In this document: piece by piece, positions 33,057 to 41,501 of the stretch
How the letters are laid out: the number at the start of each line of letters is the position of its first letter
Numbering within the stretch: the stretch's first letter is position 1
Assembly: GCA_963833125.1 (NCBI GenBank)
Contig: CAWHWX010000005.1
Location: 1-64,000, forward strand
Source of the DNA: Candidatus Bathyarchaeota archaeon
Lineage (GTDB): Archaea; Thermoproteota; Bathyarchaeia; 40CM-2-53-6
Reading direction: 5' to 3'
DNA length: 64,000 bases
Position numbers and translations under genes: made by a program
Notes under the pieces: model-generated
What the model was told of the DNA's origin: nothing
Seen by the model: only the letters and a program-made list of their open reading frames with translations
The model's database searches: none

Positions 33057-33920
33057 TCATGCTTCAATGTTCTTTACATTACGCCAGGTTGGCAGAAGCG
33101 CGTTGGCATCACTGAGGAATTCATGTTCGGGTCTCCACCCCAAGTCCTCGTGAGCAAGAGTGTTATCCAGAACAGCTCTATGATTCCTATGCAAAGAATC
33201 CTCGACAACTTCTCTCCCGAACAAATCTACCACCTGTTTGCAGGTCACGGCTTTTCCCGATGAGATGTTGAAAACGCCAAAGTCTAATGGGCTATTAGCT
33301 GAAATGATCATCGCCCGGACGACGTCATCGACATGGACGTAGTCGAAGAGGTCGCGGAAGGCGTGATGCAAATGCACCGGTTCAGATTCCGCAAACGCTA
33401 GATCGGCCAACAATCCTCTTCTCCGACGCAGTGTTCGACTGTAGACCCACGGTATTCTAAGAACGATTGCTCTAAGGGATGATTTCCTATTGAATAGTCG
33501 GATGTAGTTTTCGACTGCAAGCTTTGACACGCCATAGAACTCTGCTGGTTCAATTTTCGCCGATTCGGATAAAACGGTTCCCTCCTGTTTGGGTATCGCG
33601 TAAACGTGAATGGTTGAGGGAAAAATGAGCTTTACACCGTGTTTCACACAGCTCTCGATAACGTTCAAACTACCAATAACATTCACTTCACAATCCATAC
33701 CGGGCTCAGACTGGGCAGCCCAGATGAATGCGTTGGCGGCCAGATGAAATACGGCGTCCTTGTCTTTGATGTGAGAGTCAACAAGTTGTTTGTCTAGCAC
33801 ACCTCCACTGCGGCTATCTCGACTTATTCCTTCGACCTCACATCCATCCGCCGTCAATTTTTCGAATAGGTGACGCCCAATCAATCCAGTATGGCCAGTC
33901 ACCAGAATTTTCTTCACCAT
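33057..33920 (-). CDS. NAD-dependent epimerase/dehydratase
   Basis: VTGHTGLIG, HLAA, YGVSK, DYVHVDDV. Confidence 0.9.
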   Translation of the reverse strand: MVKKILVTGHTGLIGRHLFEKLTADGCEVEGISRDSRSGGVLDKQLVDSHIKDKDAVFHLAANAFIWAAQSEPGMDCEVNVIGSLNVIESCVKHGVKLIFPSTIHVYAIPKQEGTVLSESAKIEPAEFYGVSKLAVENYIRLFNRKSSLRAIVLRIPWVYSRTLRRRRGLLADLAFAESEPVHLHHAFRDLFDYVHVDDVVRAMIISANSPLDFGVFNISSGKAVTCKQVVDLFGREVVEDSLHRNHRAVLDNTLAHEDLGWRPEHEFLSDANALLPTWRNVKNIEA

Positions 33921-33971
33921 ACTCTACCGTCCTCGATGGGTTATCTGTCCTGGCTAAACAGTCGGGGCGAA

Positions 33972-35138
33972 CTATAGGGTAAGATCTTCGTACACCTCAC
34001 GATATAACGACGCTGTTATCGTTGAATCGAACTTCTTTGCCTTCAAGGCTAAGCTATGGCCCAATCCTAAGCGATCCTCCTCGGAATTCATTAGGGAAAT
34101 TAATTTTGAGGCGTAATCTTGCTCGTTAGTTGCAAGCAGCTTTGAGTGTTCGCTCCCTAGCATCTCTCTAGAGAATGGTCTGTCGAACGCGATCACTGGC
34201 TTACCCATTGCCATACCTTCCATCATAAGCAACGGGCAGGCCTCGTACAGGCTAGGAAAACAGATGATGTCACACGTGTTCATGTTCTCGAGAAGAGTCT
34301 CGCGTGTGACATGCCCCCGAAACTTAACTACCTCACTCAGCTTATGCTGCGTAACATAGTTCTTCAAGCCACCTTCAAGAGGTCCGCGACCGAAGATTTG
34401 TAATTCGAAATCAGCCGCACCGTTACCACTCGTCATCGAGGACAGGATTCTCAGTAGATGCGAGATGCCTTTTCGGTAGTATAGTCTTCCTGCAAAAAAT
34501 AATCGTATTTTCTTACCCGCACCGATTCTCCTACTGTTTTTGAACTTCTCGAAATCTGTCAGGTTGATGCAGTTGTGAATAACCTTGAACGTACCCGTCT
34601 CCAACCCATACGTACGGCAGAGTTCCTCTCGAAGGCTGTTGGCAACTGCGATTGGTTGGTCGGCCGCCTTCGGAATGACTCTGTCCATCATGTCCCAAAG
34701 GGGAAAACCGGGTACGTAGCTTACGTAGTCCAGCATAGATGCGCCTCGATGGGCGATCGCATTCAACTCTGAGAGAGGGTTGGTATGAAACGTGACTACC
34801 CAAGGAGTCTTCATGCCGCTTCTCTTGCATAGATTAAGGATCGGAAAGGAAACGCAATCTTGCCCATGGATCACGTCACAGGTTGCGAGCTCCTTCTTGA
34901 TCGAGTCCATGCTCCGAATCTGAAACCAGAGGTGCCGGGGAAGCAGAGGTTCGCGGGGAAAACGAACCACCTCCATCCCAGAAGTCATGGTTCGCGTTGG
35001 AAACCGTTCTGGCGATCCAGTAACGATCACAACGTCAGTGCCCTGTTTCGATAAGGCGGTTGCCAGATTCTGAAGGAACGTTCCTGTCCCTCCAAAGATA
35101 GTTGGAGGAAATTCCACGGTTAGGATGGCGACGCGCAT
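33972..35138 (-). CDS. Glycosyltransferase family 4
   Basis: EFPPTIFGG, GRLYYRKG, PSLYEACPLLMMEGMA. Confidence 0.92.
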   Translation of the reverse strand: MRVAILTVEFPPTIFGGTGTFLQNLATALSKQGTDVVIVTGSPERFPTRTMTSGMEVVRFPREPLLPRHLWFQIRSMDSIKKELATCDVIHGQDCVSFPILNLCKRSGMKTPWVVTFHTNPLSELNAIAHRGASMLDYVSYVPGFPLWDMMDRVIPKAADQPIAVANSLREELCRTYGLETGTFKVIHNCINLTDFEKFKNSRRIGAGKKIRLFFAGRLYYRKGISHLLRILSSMTSGNGAADFELQIFGRGPLEGGLKNYVTQHKLSEVVKFRGHVTRETLLENMNTCDIICFPSLYEACPLLMMEGMAMGKPVIAFDRPFSREMLGSEHSKLLATNEQDYASKLISLMNSEEDRLGLGHSLALKAKKFDSTITASLYREVYEDLTL

Positions 35139-35153
35139 TGTGGAATTCCTAGC

Positions 35154-36401
35154 TCATTTCTCACGTATAGGATGCTTTCGTGTTCTGAGGTCTTGTGCGT
35201 TCTGTACAAGTTCGCCGTAAAAGCTGGCGACTTTCCTTGCATTTACATCCCAATCGAACTGACTCTCTACGGATTTTCTCGCACGGGTTCCTATGCGCTT
35301 CATTAGGTTACGGTCGTCTAATAGTCCGTTGATCGCGTTCGCTAATGCTTCTGTTGATCTGGGTGGGACGAGTATTCCGTTTTCGCCGGAGGTGATGACT
35401 TCGGGTATTGCGGAGACATTTGTTGCTATTACTGGTTTTCCGCACGCCATCGCTTCCAACACCCTAGTTGGTAGGTTCTCGTAGAGGGTGGGCACCACGG
35501 ATATGTCGCATCGTCGATAGTATTCTAGGACCGCTTCTTGATCCTTTACGTAACCCACGACTCGGACGTTTTGCGTGGGAACGTTGTGTGCGAGTATTTG
35601 GTTCAGGTATGGTTGAAAGTTGCCTGGGCCGATGAAGGTGAAGGTTGCGTTCGGGTGTTTGTTAACCACGGCGGGAATTGCGTCAGCCAGAAACGTCAGA
35701 CCTTTCGCGGAGACAAACCGTCCAGTGAAAAGAATGTTCTCAGGTTCTCCTTCTTTCGGATCGGGAGTGAAAACTTTAGTGTCCACGGAATTTGGGATGA
35801 CTCTAACTCTTGTTTGATTTAATCTCGGAAAGTAGAGCCAGATTCTTTTTCTCATCCATTCAGAGATGGCGATGTATTGTCGGTCTCCAGAGAAGAAGAA
35901 TCTCTCCGCAATTCTCAGGAACGGATAGCCCATTATGGTTGCTTTTTCCGAGAAATCTAAGTCACCAAATGGTGTTCCAGAGGATTGGGCTGCTCTTTTC
36001 TGTCCTGCAATAGTCGTGTGCACCGTAGCAACTTTGGCCACCTTCAAATGACGCAGCTGAAGTAGCAGGTCTGGCATTTGGGCTGTGTGAGAGTGGATTA
36101 GGTCAATTTTTTCTCGTTTAACGAGCTTCGGAACATGTCTGAAGCAAGCGTTCTGAAAGGCGCTGTTGTAGTAGAAGGTGTCGACGGCGGAGCTTATGAA
36201 ATTAATATGAACGTTACCTGGAAAAATCTCTTCAAGATCGTAATCAGAAGTCGCTGCAGCTATGTTTCCCAGTCGGGTTCGGTACGGAGTAACAACTTCA
36301 ACTTCCACAGATCTTGGAAGGTGCCGGACCAGCTCGACTATGTAAGAACCTACTCCACCCCATATCGGAAGAAGTTCTGGGGCCAGCATGCAAATTTTCA
36401 A
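35154..36401 (-). CDS. Glycosyltransferase family 4
   Basis: PELLPIWGGVG, GRFVSAKG, YENLPTRVLEAMACGKPVI. Confidence 0.92.
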   Translation of the reverse strand: MKICMLAPELLPIWGGVGSYIVELVRHLPRSVEVEVVTPYRTRLGNIAAATSDYDLEEIFPGNVHINFISSAVDTFYYNSAFQNACFRHVPKLVKREKIDLIHSHTAQMPDLLLQLRHLKVAKVATVHTTIAGQKRAAQSSGTPFGDLDFSEKATIMGYPFLRIAERFFFSGDRQYIAISEWMRKRIWLYFPRLNQTRVRVIPNSVDTKVFTPDPKEGEPENILFTGRFVSAKGLTFLADAIPAVVNKHPNATFTFIGPGNFQPYLNQILAHNVPTQNVRVVGYVKDQEAVLEYYRRCDISVVPTLYENLPTRVLEAMACGKPVIATNVSAIPEVITSGENGILVPPRSTEALANAINGLLDDRNLMKRIGTRARKSVESQFDWDVNARKVASFYGELVQNAQDLRTRKHPIREK

Positions 36402-36564
36402 AGGTGCCGATCTCGAGCTTTCGGTTATTGGAGTGTGTGAGGGGAATTAAATACGGTTCCAATCGGCTTAAGCTTGGTTAACGCGTGTCTTAACATTCGT
36501 GCCTTTCAAGGAATATGAATTGACGGGCTAATGTTGGAGGCTGGAGCGTTAACCAAACCGAGTT

Positions 36565-37305
36565 CTATCGACCAGTATTCTTGGGAGACAAGATTCCTCC
36601 GCTTAGCTCCGACTCAAGCTCTCTAAGATCCTTCAACGTGTTCAATGTCCCCCAGAACCCACTGTGTCTATAGGCGGCAATCTTGCGCGAACGCGCCAGT
36701 TGCGGGAACGTTTCGATTTCGATGTTGCCCTTGACTGGGAGGTAGTCTACTATTCCATGACTGAAAACATACACCCCGGTACTAACCAGAGAATCTAGCA
36801 GGGCTTTCTCCTCGAAGCCTACTATCCTGTCACTCTCTACCTTAACAACGCCAAACGGGCTTCTGAGGTTAGCTACTGCAATCGTAGCAAGGGCTCCAAC
36901 TCGTATGTGGAATTCAGCGAAATCCGATACTTTGATGTCGGTTAGTTCATCGCCGTTCATTGCGAGAAAGATCCCATCCGGAACGAAACGTTCTATGGCA
37001 AGCCGGAAGCCTTCGCCAGTACCTCCCTCCACCGTGTGCTCACTAAAATCCACCCGGACAGGAAGGCTTAGCCGTCTAACGTAGTCAATCACCATGTCCT
37101 TCCTGTAAGCGACTCCGACAACAATGTGTGTTATCCCGTTACCCACTAACCATTGCAGTATCCAATCCAGAATCGGCTTGCCCGCTACAGAAATCATCAC
37201 CTTCGGTCTATCGCTCGTAAGCGGCCGTAACCGTAGCCCTTCCCCGCCCGCGATGACTATAGCAGTCTTGATCCTCACGTTGCTAGATTTTTCTCCAAGC
37301 GTCAA
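36565..37305 (-). CDS. Sugar-phosphate nucleotidyltransferase
   Basis: IAGGEGLRLRPLTSDRPK, MNGDEL, FEEK, GFWGTLNTLKD. Confidence 0.9.
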   Translation of the reverse strand: MTLGEKSSNVRIKTAIVIAGGEGLRLRPLTSDRPKVMISVAGKPILDWILQWLVGNGITHIVVGVAYRKDMVIDYVRRLSLPVRVDFSEHTVEGGTGEGFRLAIERFVPDGIFLAMNGDELTDIKVSDFAEFHIRVGALATIAVANLRSPFGVVKVESDRIVGFEEKALLDSLVSTGVYVFSHGIVDYLPVKGNIEIETFPQLARSRKIAAYRHSGFWGTLNTLKDLRELESELSGGILSPKNTGR

Positions 37306-38236
37306 TGGTTCTCTGCAACCCCTGCTGCAGGTTTACGGCTGGTTTCCAGCCTAGTTGGTTTCGTATCTTCGAACTATCGAGAACTATGTAGTCGGTGTCT
37401 TGGTCGCTCGGTCGTCTCGGGTATCCCGGCGGATAGCTACCTTCAACAATTTTCCCTTCATACCCGATCATCTTAGCGATCGTTTTCACCAAATCGATGT
37501 TTGACTTGGGGTTGCCGGGTGAAACGTTGAATACGTTTCCAATCGCAGACTCGTTCTTGATGGCTGCAAGGTATGCGTTAACGTGGTCGTCGACATGCAT
37601 GTAATCACGAACATGCTTTGGCGCTCCAATATACACAGGCTTTCCTTGGAGCATATTCTTGATCGCGTATTCGGTTAGGAAGTTTGCGTCTTCGGTTCGG
37701 CCGTAGGAGTTGTTGCATCTGAGAACAACGGCTTTCAGGCCATAAACCCGCATCGCCATCTGAACATACGTATCAGCCGCAGTCTTCGACACGCCATACG
37801 GGGAGGAGGGGTAGAGGCGAGCGGTCTCCTTGGTTGGTTCCTCCGGCTGCCAACCATAGACTTCAGCGGAACTAGCAACGATCACCTTCGCATTTGGGGT
37901 CCGTTCCAGGACCGCGTGTACTAGGTTAGTTGTTCCGAGAAAATTCACGCGCATGTAGGGTAGGGGGTCGTCAAAGCTCAAACGAACCGGCGTGAGCGCC
38001 GCCAAATGAATAACAATCTCTGGGGCGGAGGATCCTACTGCTGATTGAATAGAGTGGTAATCAGCGATATCCCCCTCAATGAAACGCATACTCTCAACCG
38101 CCTTACCTAACGCCTCGAAATCCCTACGTGTGGTATGTCTGACCAAACCGTAAATTGTGTGGTCCTCTTCGAGAAGACGCTGCGCCAGTTGAGAACCAAT
38201 AAACCCCGTACATCCCGTCAACAGCACATTAGCCAA
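37283..38236 (-). CDS. NDP-sugar 4,6-dehydratase-type extended SDR
   Basis: TGCTGFIG, HLAA, SSAEVYG, SSPYGVSK, RDYMHVDDH. Confidence 0.9.
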   Translation of the reverse strand: MANVLLTGCTGFIGSQLAQRLLEEDHTIYGLVRHTTRRDFEALGKAVESMRFIEGDIADYHSIQSAVGSSAPEIVIHLAALTPVRLSFDDPLPYMRVNFLGTTNLVHAVLERTPNAKVIVASSAEVYGWQPEEPTKETARLYPSSPYGVSKTAADTYVQMAMRVYGLKAVVLRCNNSYGRTEDANFLTEYAIKNMLQGKPVYIGAPKHVRDYMHVDDHVNAYLAAIKNESAIGNVFNVSPGNPKSNIDLVKTIAKMIGYEGKIVEGSYPPGYPRRPSDQDTDYIVLDSSKIRNQLGWKPAVNLQQGLQRTIDAWRKI

Positions 38237-38479
38237 TACCAGTTCCCCCGGGGAAACCTATCTCGTACGGTGCAATAAACTCACGGCAGCAGGGCAATGA
38301 ACTCATACACAAATACCTCGGAACCCGCTTAGAGTTCGTTTCGAAGATCCTAGCCGCCATCCTCATCGCAAAGTAGTCGCGTTGCCCGTTTCTCGCCGCA
38401 AGGGTAACGAGTCTCAGGGTTTCTTTGAGAACCATGGTTTTTAGCGGGTTACTCGTAATATGTGGTTGAGCGGACTGGG

Positions 38480-38698
38480 TTGAAGAAGAAGCGGTTCTTC
38501 GTAGCAATCGACTTCTCCCGGTACAAGGGGAGATACGTGGCGGTGGTCGGAAGGAGGGTCGTTGCTAGCGGAACGAACTGCGAAACAAGTGTGGTTAGAA
38601 GCCAAGAGGAAGAATCCTTCAGCTCGGCCAGAACTTCACAAGGTCCCGAAGGGCGAGACTCTCACGTGGTCCGATCGTACGCCGCAGTAGGGCAATGA
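38480..38698 (+). pseudogene. DUF5678-like small protein, frameshifted/truncated
   Basis: SRYKGRYVAVVGRRVVASG, then in the shifted frame KQVWLEAKRKNP...HKVP. Confidence 0.55.
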
Positions 38699-38728
38699 GA
38701 TTGATTTGATGCCGTGGCCTAACTGGTC

Positions 38729-39259
38729 TTACAGTTTTCTGAGGTATTCGAGTATCGTGCGATAGTCATCTTCGCTCAAACGCCAGCCTGCTCTTCGCAT
38801 CTCAGTGAGTTTTCCCACTGCTTCATCTCTTCGCATCTCACCTTCTTGATACATCCTTCCGAGCAGGTAACCAGTCCCGTGACATTCTACCTGCATCAGT
38901 CTAGCAGTGGACCTCGCAGCGTGGTCATCCGCGATCAGGATTCCGTCGAGTTCCTTGGCGATGGCGAGTGCCTCAGCTTCAGCTTTGTGCAGAGGCTTGT
39001 TTTCGCCTTCGACAGCGATCTTCATGAGCCTCTTGACTTCCGAGGCGCTGCGAGGTCGAGTAAGTATGAGCGCGGCTTCTTCAACAAGTTCCCGTATTAC
39101 TGCGACCTCTGGCTTCCCTTGGGCTTCGCCGGCCAAGAGTTCTTCATAGACGCTTTCGGGCAAGAACTTCTTGTTCTGTAACTTCCTTAGAGCTTCCGCC
39201 AGCGAGGCCCTGATTATGTAAATCACTGGAGTTGTGTCGAAGACTAGGGGCTTCGTCAA
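38729..39259 (-). CDS. DUF3368-type PIN-domain protein
   Basis: LVFDTTPVI, PESVYEEL, LHKAEAEALAIA, IADDHAAR, GTGYLL; TTG start at 39259. Confidence 0.85.
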   Translation of the reverse strand: MTKPLVFDTTPVIYIIRASLAEALRKLQNKKFLPESVYEELLAGEAQGKPEVAVIRELVEEAALILTRPRSASEVKRLMKIAVEGENKPLHKAEAEALAIAKELDGILIADDHAARSTARLMQVECHGTGYLLGRMYQEGEMRRDEAVGKLTEMRRAGWRLSEDDYRTILEYLRKL

Positions 39260-39267
39260 ACCGCGCG

Positions 39268-39597
39268 CTACTCTTTCTGTGCTGCCTCGAAGTCTTCGAT
39301 GAATTGCTCCGCCGAATACTGTATTGGTATCCTTCTTTTCTCGAGTTCTTCGAGAAATTCCCAGATGGAGCGGTTGGCGAGACCGGCGGCTTTCAGGGCT
39401 GTGACTCTTCCCGCTTCGTACAGGCTTATCGCTTTCCCAAGTCTCCATTCTCTGATGTACAGGTCGGTTGCGCGGGCTATCACTGAAGACTTGTCGAGCT
39501 TCTCCTCGAGCGCGATCCGCTCGATCTCACGCGCAACCTCCTTTGGTAATCTTGCCGCCACTACCTCCATTAGCCGGCTCTTTGCCAAATCACGCAC
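39268..39597 (-). CDS. UPF0175-family antitoxin
   Basis: RHH-like N-terminus and AISLYEAGRVTALKAAGLANRSIWEFLEEL. Confidence 0.85.
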   Translation of the reverse strand: MRDLAKSRLMEVVAARLPKEVAREIERIALEEKLDKSSVIARATDLYIREWRLGKAISLYEAGRVTALKAAGLANRSIWEFLEELEKRRIPIQYSAEQFIEDFEAAQKE

Positions 39598-39602
39598 CGT
39601 TT

Positions 39603-39619
39603 ACATTAGTTAACTATGT
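39603..39619. promoter_or_regulatory. Palindromic operator upstream of the UPF0175/DUF3368 pair
   Basis: ACAT-TAGTTAACTA-TGT near-perfect dyad next to TTTAAG TATA-like boxes. Confidence 0.45.
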
Positions 39620-39768
39620 TTACAATCATTTAAGGCGTTCGTCCCAATTTAAGCCTCAAACGGAAGAACAAGATAACGATCTACTACGCATGATACAGCG
39701 AGCTCTTAGCTGCGACTAGCTGCAACCCTGAAGATAAGAAATCACGATCAACCAAAGAGATTGATGAT

Positions 39769-39883
39769 TCCTGGTAGGTAAGCTGTAACTTCTAGGTGTT
39801 ACCTGCATCAACTAGTCTTCGCTTGAGGACGACGTTTATAGGACCGCTGCGGACGACGGCCGACCGAACCTACCAAAGGAGGT
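39769..39883 (+). ncRNA. Predicted structured 5' leader of the DIP1984-family gene
   Basis: TGGTAGGT (39772-79) pairs with ACCTACCA (39868-75). Internal hairpins GTAAC/GTTAC and GTCTTC/GAGGAC; GGACGACG twice. The stem abuts the AGGAGGT SD. Confidence 0.55.
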
Positions 39884-39895
39884 ATTGAAAAAGAT

Positions 39896-40384
39896 ATGAA
39901 ATTATTCGAAGCCCTCGCCCTAAAGAAAGCTCTCCAGAACCAGTTAACCCAACTCATCAGCATTAGAAACAGCACATTCGAGTACCCCGAAGACGAGATA
40001 CCTGAATTCAATTTCCAAGAGCTTACTAGTCGAATAAAAGAAAAAGTGAACGAAATTACAGGCTTGAAACTTGCCATCATGCGAGCAAACATGACCAGCA
40101 AACTACCCAACGGATACACACTAAATGAGGCAATCATTGAACTCGCAAATATCAGGTCCGCCGTAGATCAATTTCAGGACCTATTACAAATCGGAAGAAG
40201 CCGCTTCCTCTTCAGCGAAAGGAGACGAAATACCACAGAAATCAAAACAATAAAGCAGGCAGCTCCCGACAAGATCCTAAAGATGATTGAGCAATACGAC
40301 ACCAAACGAATACTCTTCGACGCAATCATCCAAGAAGCAAACCACACAACCGAGATCAACTGGCCACAAAACAGCAAACAATGA
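39896..40384 (+). CDS. DIP1984-family (septicolysin-annotated) helical protein
   Basis: MKLFEALALKKALQ start, IMRAN, TLNEAI, C-terminal DAIIQEANHTTEI match the family pattern; strong SD AGGAGGT. Confidence 0.8.
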   Translation: MKLFEALALKKALQNQLTQLISIRNSTFEYPEDEIPEFNFQELTSRIKEKVNEITGLKLAIMRANMTSKLPNGYTLNEAIIELANIRSAVDQFQDLLQIGRSRFLFSERRRNTTEIKTIKQAAPDKILKMIEQYDTKRILFDAIIQEANHTTEINWPQNSKQ

Positions 40385-40406
40385 AACAATTCCTCCACAG
40401 GCGAAT

Positions 40407-40604
40407 GTGAAGGGGAGATCAGGGAAAGAGCGAGACGAAAGCTGAAAGACCTGCTAACTTGGTACCTAGCGTAGAGGCGCTTGCTTCAAAACTCATCAGA
40501 TCCTCCAACTCAAAGATCAGACGCGTTCAAAGACGCAGATTACAGCTCAAAGATCAACCCAAGGGCTGCAACTCTCGGTCGCTCTGAACCTGACCCCAAA
40601 TCAC
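40407..40604 (+). ncRNA. Predicted ~200-nt structured RNA with internal TCAAAGA repeats, downstream of the DIP1984 gene
   Basis: End-to-end stem GTGA/TCAC, GGGG/CCCC, TCAGG/CCTGA, AGAGCGA/TCGCTCT, CGA/TCG enclosing an A/C-rich loop with TCAAAGA at 40510, 40527 and 40547. Confidence 0.65.
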
Positions 40605-40638
40605 TCAAGAAAAATCGTCCTCTAGTGAATGTAGGCAA

Positions 40639-40944
40639 ATGAAAATCGGGAGTTGGGACATTTACATAGGGTTTCTGTACTCCAGCCTGCCGGCGGATTG
40701 GAAAGGTCTGGAGCTAGATGAAGCATTCAAGCGAGGAAGACCGGTATGGCAGATCATTGGCGTGCACCTCTGGCATGACAGCACCGACGAGGTGAGAATG
40801 TTTGAAATCCACCTGAGTCGGAAAAATGGAGCCCGAGTATCTTACCGTCACCTTCCAGCATTCTGGATTGCGATGACCTGCAAGTGTGACGAATGTAAGC
40901 ATGTAAGAAGGAAGAGGAAATTGAAAACTATGAGGAGCAACTAG
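40639..40944 (+). CDS. Hypothetical protein with C-terminal CxCxxC and basic tail
   Basis: 101-aa ORF with ATG start; no family recognised. Confidence 0.5.
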   Translation: MKIGSWDIYIGFLYSSLPADWKGLELDEAFKRGRPVWQIIGVHLWHDSTDEVRMFEIHLSRKNGARVSYRHLPAFWIAMTCKCDECKHVRRKRKLKTMRSN

Positions 40945-41029
40945 CGAGCGGTTGGCAAGTATCGTTTGAGTGTAACGTCAAGTTAACGGTTGTTAAGAGA
41001 TCCGCCTTGTTTTCTGTTCGGAATTAGGG

Positions 41030-41074
41030 GGGGTGGATCCACCCCTCGAGGGGTGGTGCCAAACGGTGCCAAAC
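41030..41074. repeat. Overlapping perfect palindromes plus a tandem 10-mer
   Basis: GGGGTGGATCCACCCC (41030-45), CCACCCCTCGAGGGGTGG (41039-56), GGTGCCAAAC twice (41055-74). Confidence 0.75.
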
Positions 41075-41501
41075 GAAGGCAACCCTCGCCTCATTTTAAG
41101 CCCCGATCCCCCATGCGAAGCTGTTTGCAGCAGCAACCAACAAGTTGACGTTACCTGCGAGGAATCATCCGAATCGGGTGGAGGTTTTCGCCATCGTACG
41201 TTTAGGGGAGTTATGTGGATATGAATCGACGGACAAGTGTTGGAGTCGCAAGGCGAATATCAGGAAGGAAGAATTCCTCAATTTTGCATGCATGGCTTAG
41301 CAGTAATTTGCGTAGTCGCGAATCCTTGAAAGATGCAGGCGAACCCGTCTAGCGTCGTCCTTGTCGGAGACACACACGACTCAAACCCTCCAAAGTAACA
41401 TGTTAAGCCCCAAAAACTACACCACCCACCCCCACCCCGCCAAGACCGTGCGACCAACAAACACAATTCTTGGCGGAATGTTGAAGGACATCCTTTCGGA
41501 G

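Noticed and set aside
40486-40556. CRISPR mini-array in the TCAAAGA repeats
   Set aside because: Repeats are only 7-11 nt with a 17-24 nt period, have no spacer-length unique segments, and there are no cas genes in the window.
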